NCBI GenBank assembly: GCA_963737155.1
Contig: CAVTRN010000001.1
Span: 512,001 to 576,000, forward strand
Direction: 5' to 3'
Origin: Nitrospirota bacterium
Lineage (GTDB): Bacteria > Nitrospirota > UBA9217
DNA: 64,000 nt
Under the pieces are notes generated by a model. The model was not told where the DNA came from. It did no database searches and was given only the letters and a program-made list of their open reading frames with translations. The position numbers were made by a program, and so were the translations under genes. Numbering within the stretch: position 1 is the stretch's first letter; each line of letters opens with the position of its first letter. Below, piece after piece: positions 58,370 through 64,000 of this stretch.

Positions 58370-60190
58370 TTATTCAACCTTTCTCCGCAGCTCCGCTCCC
58401 TTAAGCGCGGCCGCGGCAAAACGTCCCATCGCGTTCTTTGCCGTTTGAATTGCCTGGAGTGAATCGTGCCCTTCTCGTCCCTTTGCAATCACTGCTATCC
58501 GGTAATGGGCCCACTCCAAATCCCCCGCTGTTCCATCCTTTCGTTCCGGCGCCGTTTTTGCCGTTGTCGCCTGCCGGTAGTATTCAAGGGCCTTCAGACT
58601 CTGCCCCGCGTCAAAGAGGATGTCGGCAAAGCTAACCAGAATCCCGGATGAAACGCTTTTTTTTCGCAGGACCTGCTCGAGGAAGGCTGTTTCTTTTTTC
58701 TTGTTCTTAAGCAAGTTCATCGCGTCGAGGAGATAAGGCAGGTCCGTTTCATTGATGTCTCGAATCGACATGATTGCTTCCGAGACGTTCTTGAAGTCCA
58801 TTCCCACCATTGAAATCTTGGCTTTCACGCGGGCCACCTCATCATGATGACCCTTGATTTTCGCCCGTTTCAAATAATTTTCCGCTGTTGCCCCATCGCC
58901 CAAATCAGCATAGAATCCGGCCAACAGGAGCCGTCCCTCAGACTTCCCACTCTCGGAACCATATGTAATGAGCCAGACGCAGATGTCGAGGAACGGCTTG
59001 CCCTCATACCTGAGCGCCGGCGCTATATTCACGATGAATTGCTCCCGGGACGGTTCCAGCAGCCAGCGGCCGGACTTTGTCCAGAGCTCTACGAATTCCT
59101 TCGGGTCACGATCTTTCGCCTCAAGAAGCATGGCTTCAAGATCATCGAGGGCGGCGCCGACCGGATTCTGCCGGTAAAGCAACGGCTTCAGAAGGACCAA
59201 GGCCTCGGCTGATTTTCCCTTTTTGCGGAGCAGCTGTACAAGCATAAGGAGGGCCGTATCAGCTTCCTTCCCGTAGGGATACTTGTTCCTGATCACCTCG
59301 AGCGCCGACTGTGCATCATCGTACTTCCCCATGCGCATCTGCGCGTCGGCGCGGCTCAGAATCGCATCACGACGGACTGTCCGCTCGGGAGATTCGGCGG
59401 CGATTGAAAACTGTATGATTGCCGCATTATAGTTGGCTTCCTCGAGGGCCAGTTGGCCGAGCCCCTGTGCGGCCCGGTATTTCAGCACAGGGTCTTTCAC
59501 CGATTCGAAGTAGAATCTCGCGTCCTTCTTGTTGCCAGCCTGGCGAAAGTTTTCACCTATTGAGAACAGTGTCTCCGGTGAGGAATTCACGACTTTGGGG
59601 CTGTGCTCGATAAGCTCACAGTATAGATCCCGCGCCTCCGCGGTTCTGCCCAGCGCCTGCAATGTATTGGCCTTGCCCATGACGGCGCGTACCGAGAGCC
59701 CGGCCTTGTCGTAATGAATAAGGGCCTGGCGAAAGTCTCTGTTTTTGAACCCGGCTTCAGCGATGCCCAGTTCAGCCCGCTCCGAGAAACTGGATTTGGG
59801 GAACTGTTTGAGAAATACGTCGTAACACATGGCTGCCTCGGGATAATATCCCATAGCCGCGTATACATCGGCACGCTCGAGCATGATTCTTTCCTTGTCT
59901 TCAAGGGAATTGGCGAACACGTAAGCCAGCCGGTAATTCTCAATAGAGTCATAAGGCCGCTTTAACGCCACGAGCGCACGTGCGAGGGCATAGTGATAAG
60001 CGGACATCTCTTCATGGGATGGCTGATAAGAGGAAAGGGCCGCAAGCGCGTCAGCCGGCTTGTTTGCGGTGAGCATCTCTTCGGCCCTTTCCAGGGAGGA
60101 CGGCGTAACGAATTTGTCAATAGACCATCCGGTGCGGACAGACGTAAGCATAATAAAAGTAATTACAATTAAACGCAGGTGGGTCTTCAT
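58370..60190 (-). CDS. Exported TPR protein heading the fleSR operon
   Basis: MKTHLRLIVITFIML signal-like N-terminus and many TPR helices. Confidence 0.8.
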   Translation of the reverse strand: MKTHLRLIVITFIMLTSVRTGWSIDKFVTPSSLERAEEMLTANKPADALAALSSYQPSHEEMSAYHYALARALVALKRPYDSIENYRLAYVFANSLEDKERIMLERADVYAAMGYYPEAAMCYDVFLKQFPKSSFSERAELGIAEAGFKNRDFRQALIHYDKAGLSVRAVMGKANTLQALGRTAEARDLYCELIEHSPKVVNSSPETLFSIGENFRQAGNKKDARFYFESVKDPVLKYRAAQGLGQLALEEANYNAAIIQFSIAAESPERTVRRDAILSRADAQMRMGKYDDAQSALEVIRNKYPYGKEADTALLMLVQLLRKKGKSAEALVLLKPLLYRQNPVGAALDDLEAMLLEAKDRDPKEFVELWTKSGRWLLEPSREQFIVNIAPALRYEGKPFLDICVWLITYGSESGKSEGRLLLAGFYADLGDGATAENYLKRAKIKGHHDEVARVKAKISMVGMDFKNVSEAIMSIRDINETDLPYLLDAMNLLKNKKKETAFLEQVLRKKSVSSGILVSFADILFDAGQSLKALEYYRQATTAKTAPERKDGTAGDLEWAHYRIAVIAKGREGHDSLQAIQTAKNAMGRFAAAALKGAELRRKVE

Positions 60191-60203
60191 GTTTGTTTTA
60201 TAT

Positions 60204-60276
60204 AGCAACAAGCATGCCGGAGGTAACAGTTTGAATTTTAATGATTATAGAATTACAGGTCTGTCAGATTAATGAC
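60204..60276 (-). promoter_or_regulatory. sigma54 promoter plus enhancer
   Basis: CGGCATGCTTGTTGCT at 60219-60204; GTCA-GATTAA-TGAC at 60263-60276. Confidence 0.7.
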
Positions 60277-60354
60277 GTTGACGAATGCTTGGCATGTTGT
60301 TCAAAGGCGGAAATTCATGTGGTTGCATATTTTGTTTCGGCTCAGGAATAGTGG

Positions 60355-61833
60355 TCAGGGCAAAGCTTTTTCCTTATTCTGCATGTCAATCTTCATTTTT
60401 TTCATTTTTTCGAGAAGCGTTGTACGGTTGAGCCCCAAGAGCTGTGCGGCTTTGCTTCTCACTCCACCGGCCCTTTCAAGGGCTTTCAAGATCAGGTTGC
60501 GCTCCATGGAACTTACGAGTTCGTTCAGGTCGACACCGTTCTCGCCCAGCTCAAGGTTGCTGCCTTGTTTATGAAGCGATCCCGGTGGATCCATGGTCCG
60601 GGAGGAGGACATTGTTGGGGTGGCGGTTCCCGTCTCCGAATCCTCTTGAGTCCTGAGGTGAAACTTTTCCGGAAGATCGGATAGCTCTATTACCGGGCCG
60701 CTCGCCAGAATCATGAGGCGCTCAATAAGATTTTCAAACTCCCGTACATTCCCGGGCCAGCGGTACTTTAGCATGCAATCCATGACCTGAGGGGAGAACG
60801 TGAATGGCTCCCGCTTTTTTTTCCTGCAGAACTCCTGCATGAAAAACGCTGCTAACAGAGGAATATCCTCCTGTCTCCTTCGGAGCGGCGGCAAATGGAG
60901 TGGTATGACGTTGAGGCGGTAAAACAGATCCTCCCTGAACTTCCCGTCCTTCGTCGCCTTTTCCAAGTCCTTGTTCGTAGCTGCCAGAATCCGCACATCC
61001 ACTTTGATTGTTTTCATCCCGCCCACGCGCTCGAACTCACGCTCCTGCAATACCCGGAGCAGCTTGACCTGGAGAGAGGGGTCGAGTTCCCCCACTTCAT
61101 CAAGAAAGAGCGTGCCGCGCTGGGCGAGTTCGAACCGGCCCAAGCGCGTGCTGATGGCGCCCGTGAAAGCGCCCTTTTCGTGGCCGAACAACTCTGATTC
61201 GAGGAGGTCCCTCGGTATTGCGGCGCAGTTGATCGGCACAAAGGGTCCTCCCGCACGCGACGTGTTGTTGTAATGGATGGTCTTCGCGATAAGTTCCTTG
61301 CCCGTGCCGCTCTCGCCAGTGATCAATATTGTACTGTCCGTATCGGCAATCTTCTCGATAAGTTCATAAACTTTCTGCATGCTGGGCGAGTCGCCGATGA
61401 GTCCTTTGAAGTTGTATTTCTTCTTAAGTTGCATCTTGAGCATCACGTTTTCCTTCTGGAGTTGCGAGACAGACAGCGCCTTTTCCAGAACAATCATGAG
61501 CTCGTCAAGATTAAAGGGCTTGGTGACGTAGTCGAAGGCCCCATTTCGCATGGCTTCGACGGCCGTCTGGACGGTACCGAAGGCCGTCATAACGATTACA
61601 GGTACGCCAGTCTCGGCCGCGGTAACTTCCTTAAGCACATCCATACCCGTGATTCCAGGCATGACAAGGTCGGTAAGAATAAGATCGAACTTTTCAGCTC
61701 GAACCATCTCGAGACCAGTCTCGCCGTTCTCGGCAAGAGAAACATCAAATTTCCTGTTCGTGAGAAAAGAATGGAGCACGTCCCGAACAGTGTCATCATC
61801 TTCTATTACAAGCAATTTCCCCATGCTCGACAT
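60355..61833 (-). CDS. fleQ: sigma54 flagellar master regulator (FleQ/FlrA/FgrM-like)
   Basis: Receiver, AAA+ GAFTGA and AQLLGLNRTTLLEKMKK HTH typical of FleQ. Confidence 0.85.
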   Translation of the reverse strand: MSSMGKLLVIEDDDTVRDVLHSFLTNRKFDVSLAENGETGLEMVRAEKFDLILTDLVMPGITGMDVLKEVTAAETGVPVIVMTAFGTVQTAVEAMRNGAFDYVTKPFNLDELMIVLEKALSVSQLQKENVMLKMQLKKKYNFKGLIGDSPSMQKVYELIEKIADTDSTILITGESGTGKELIAKTIHYNNTSRAGGPFVPINCAAIPRDLLESELFGHEKGAFTGAISTRLGRFELAQRGTLFLDEVGELDPSLQVKLLRVLQEREFERVGGMKTIKVDVRILAATNKDLEKATKDGKFREDLFYRLNVIPLHLPPLRRRQEDIPLLAAFFMQEFCRKKKREPFTFSPQVMDCMLKYRWPGNVREFENLIERLMILASGPVIELSDLPEKFHLRTQEDSETGTATPTMSSSRTMDPPGSLHKQGSNLELGENGVDLNELVSSMERNLILKALERAGGVRSKAAQLLGLNRTTLLEKMKKMKIDMQNKEKALP

Positions 61834-61838
61834 GCTCT

Positions 61839-61877
61839 ACCATAACAAAATACCAGCCTTCTGTCAACTGTTTGACA
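61839..61877 (-). promoter_or_regulatory. sigma70 promoter of the master regulator, overlapped by the enhancer palindrome
   Basis: TTGACA-N17-TATGGT with extended TG; TGTCA-ACTGTT-TGACA at 61862-61877. Confidence 0.65.
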
Positions 61878-62011
61878 CTTAGAGTCTATTTCGGAGAAAT
61901 CCGCTGGTAATCTCCAAATGGGCTGCCATATACACGAACTTTATATAATCCTGAGTCATTCCTTTGACAGGGGTTAAAATTATTTATTCCAATTTTTCAA
62001 TATAATAGCTC

Positions 62012-62027
62012 GGGCATGGTATTTGTA
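62012..62027 (+). promoter_or_regulatory. sigma54-like promoter of fliLMN
   Basis: GGGCATGGTATTTGTA (GG-N10-GT variant). Confidence 0.5.
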
Positions 62028-62062
62028 TATAGAGAATACGTTGATAAAAGGAGGAGGTAGGT

Positions 62063-62554
62063 ATGGCTGAAGAAAAGGAATCTGCACAACCGGAAGATAC
62101 AAAGACGGCAAAAACAAAAAAAAGCAACAAGAGCCTTTTCATTATAATCGGGATTATCGTTGTCGCGCTGGCCGGAGGCGTCGCCGCATATTTGCTGCTT
62201 TTCAGTGGCAAAGGAGCAGCGCCTGAGGCCAAGCATCATGAAGAGAAAAAGGATTCGAAAACGGCTCTCATCGCCCTGGACTCCTTTGTCCTGAACCTTG
62301 CCGAGCAGGGCAGGTTCCTCAAAGTCACAATGCAGTTCGAGCTGAATGATGCCGCAGATCAGCCGCTCGTAACGGAAAAGATTCCGCAGCTTCGCGACGC
62401 CATCATCACCCTGGTAAGCAGCAAGTCCGCGGAAGCCGTATCGAGCCCTGAAGGAAAACTGCAGCTCAAGGATGAACTGCTCCTCCGCGCCGACCAGTCG
62501 GTTGGAAAAGACATTTTCAAGAATCTTTACTTTACTGAATTCGTGATGCAATAA
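62063..62554 (+). CDS. fliL: Flagellar basal body protein FliL
   Basis: Single TM, FVLNL, LRDAII, EGK.QLK.E and LYFTEFVMQ motifs. Confidence 0.95.
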   Translation: MAEEKESAQPEDTKTAKTKKSNKSLFIIIGIIVVALAGGVAAYLLLFSGKGAAPEAKHHEEKKDSKTALIALDSFVLNLAEQGRFLKVTMQFELNDAADQPLVTEKIPQLRDAIITLVSSKSAEAVSSPEGKLQLKDELLLRADQSVGKDIFKNLYFTEFVMQ

Positions 62555-62567
62555 GGGTGACCCTGCA

Positions 62568-63539
62568 ATGAGCGATATTCTCTCACAAGACGAAGTTGAC
62601 GCATTGCTTCGCGGCGTCCAGACGGGGGAAATAGAGACAGAGGACGCAAAGCAGAAGATCATGAACGGGACTCGGGCCTATGATCTCACGAGCCAGGAGC
62701 GCATAGTGCGGGGCCGCATGCCGGGCTTGGAAATGGCAAATGAACGATTTTCGCGCTTCTTCAGAAACTCTGTATCCAACCTCGTCATGAAGTTCACGGA
62801 CATCAGCATTCAAAACGTAGGGGTCGTCAAGTTTGGCGAGTTCATGAAGACCATCCCCTTTCCATCGAGCATCAACATTTTCAAGATGGAGCCGCTCAAG
62901 GGATACTCTCTCCTGGTCCTCGAGGCGCCGCTCGTTTTCGCCTTTGTGGAGTTCTTTTTCGGCGGCACTTCCGTGCGCAACGTCAAGTCCGAGGGCAGGG
63001 CGTTCACGTCCATCGAGCAACGGGTCATTAAAAAGGTGGTATCCATGGCCTTGAGCGACATGGGCTTGGCCTGGGCCGGGATTGCGCCGATCCAGCCCGA
63101 TCCGGTGGGGTCCGAAATGAACCCGCAGTTTGTGACGATTGTGACACCCAGTGAGATCGTGATCAAGATCGAAGTCCATATCGAATTTGAAGATTTTACG
63201 GGGAAGCTTTTCTTCTGCATCCCATATTCCATGATCGAGCCGGTAAAGGAAAAGCTCTACTCCGGCATTCAGGGCGACAAGTTCGATCTCGACCAGCGCT
63301 GGGTCAGCAGACTGAAGGATATCCTGATGAATTCCGAGATTGGGGTCATGGCGGAAGTAGGGAAAATAAACCTCACTTTCAGTGAACTCATGAACCTGAA
63401 GGAAGGTGAAGTTCTCGCCCTTAACAAATGCGCAAACGACGAATTGCTGATAACGGTTGAGGACGTGCCCAAATTCAGCGGGCTGCCCGGTTACAGCAGG
63501 GGAAACCAGGCCATCAGAATTACAAAGATACTTAGCTGA
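62568..63539 (+). CDS. fliM: Flagellar motor switch protein FliM
   Basis: ILSQDEVDALL, RGRMPGLEM.NERF and EMNPQF motifs. Confidence 0.96.
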   Translation: MSDILSQDEVDALLRGVQTGEIETEDAKQKIMNGTRAYDLTSQERIVRGRMPGLEMANERFSRFFRNSVSNLVMKFTDISIQNVGVVKFGEFMKTIPFPSSINIFKMEPLKGYSLLVLEAPLVFAFVEFFFGGTSVRNVKSEGRAFTSIEQRVIKKVVSMALSDMGLAWAGIAPIQPDPVGSEMNPQFVTIVTPSEIVIKIEVHIEFEDFTGKLFFCIPYSMIEPVKEKLYSGIQGDKFDLDQRWVSRLKDILMNSEIGVMAEVGKINLTFSELMNLKEGEVLALNKCANDELLITVEDVPKFSGLPGYSRGNQAIRITKILS

Positions 63540-63654
63540 TCGAAGGACTGATGCAGGCAGAGTGATAGCAGAACGCTGGCGGGTCGCTGGGCTTGGTTCC
63601 GCGTTCGGAAATTCGTGATTGGATGCTATCAAAAGTTTTGTGAAAGGAGACATT

Positions 63655-64000
63655 ATGGAACAAGTACCGGTGCAAAGCAAGCCCCAGACACCGCCTCCCG
63701 CAGGAGCGCACTTCGAGGAACTCAAGGCAGACAAGAGTCCGGCCCAAATGCAGCGGGACATGGATTTTCTCCTTGACATTCCGCTTGAAATAACGGTCGA
63801 GCTGGGCAGAACGCGCATGTTCATCAAGGATCTTCTCCAGCTCGGGCAGGGATCGGTCATTGAACTCGACAAGATCGCCGGCGAGCCCATGGAAATCCTG
63901 GTGAACGGCAAACTCGTGGCGCGCGGTGAGGTCGTAGTGGTCAACGAAAAGTTCGGGATCCGCCTCACCGATATCATCAGCCCGACGGAAAGGATCCGGC
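63655..64000 (+). CDS. fliN: Flagellar motor switch protein FliN (runs off the window)
   Basis: [15 protein letters not shown]...[40 protein letters not shown]. Confidence 0.95.
   Translation, partial: MEQVPVQSKPQTPPPAGAHFEELKADKSPAQMQRDMDFLLDIPLEITVELGRTRMFIKDLLQLGQGSVIELDKIAGEPMEILVNGKLVARGEVVVVNEKFGIRLTDIISPTERIR

Noticed and set aside
62583-63977. 464-aa minus-strand ORF
   Set aside because: Antisense shadow of fliM/fliN with no recognisable motifs

Overview
A flagellar gene region from a bacterium whose proteins look Nitrospirota/Desulfobacterota-like (inferred from protein style, not from a marker gene). From left to right: (1) the gmhA 3' end and a deoxyhypusine-synthase-like gene; (2) a serC paralogue and a TPR/ATP-grasp ligase with AT-rich flanks, split by an ISAzo13 remnant; (3) HDOD/GGDEF signalling genes, infA, Ap4A phosphorylase, lgt, a umuD-polY-udg mutagenesis cassette and a PEBP gene; (4) FlhB-like, FliK-like and sigma28-driven TPR genes; (5) a sigma54-driven CDP-3,6-dideoxy/branched-sugar operon followed by a ~2900-aa multi-glycosyltransferase; (6) an alphaproteobacterial-type flagellin with flbT/flaF; (7) PilZ/HD-GYP genes and two stator pairs; (8) fliJIHGFE, flgCB, FleSR/FleQ-like regulators and fliLMN. 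The most interesting items are an arginine-free sigma28-controlled TPR protein (candidate FliD-independent filament or cap component), a flagellar-regulon SerC plus TPR-ATP-grasp module, and an apparent pathway to a higher-carbon branched sugar assembled by one giant glycosyltransferase. No rRNA, tRNA or CRISPR array was seen. All product calls come from motif recognition by eye; no database searches were run.
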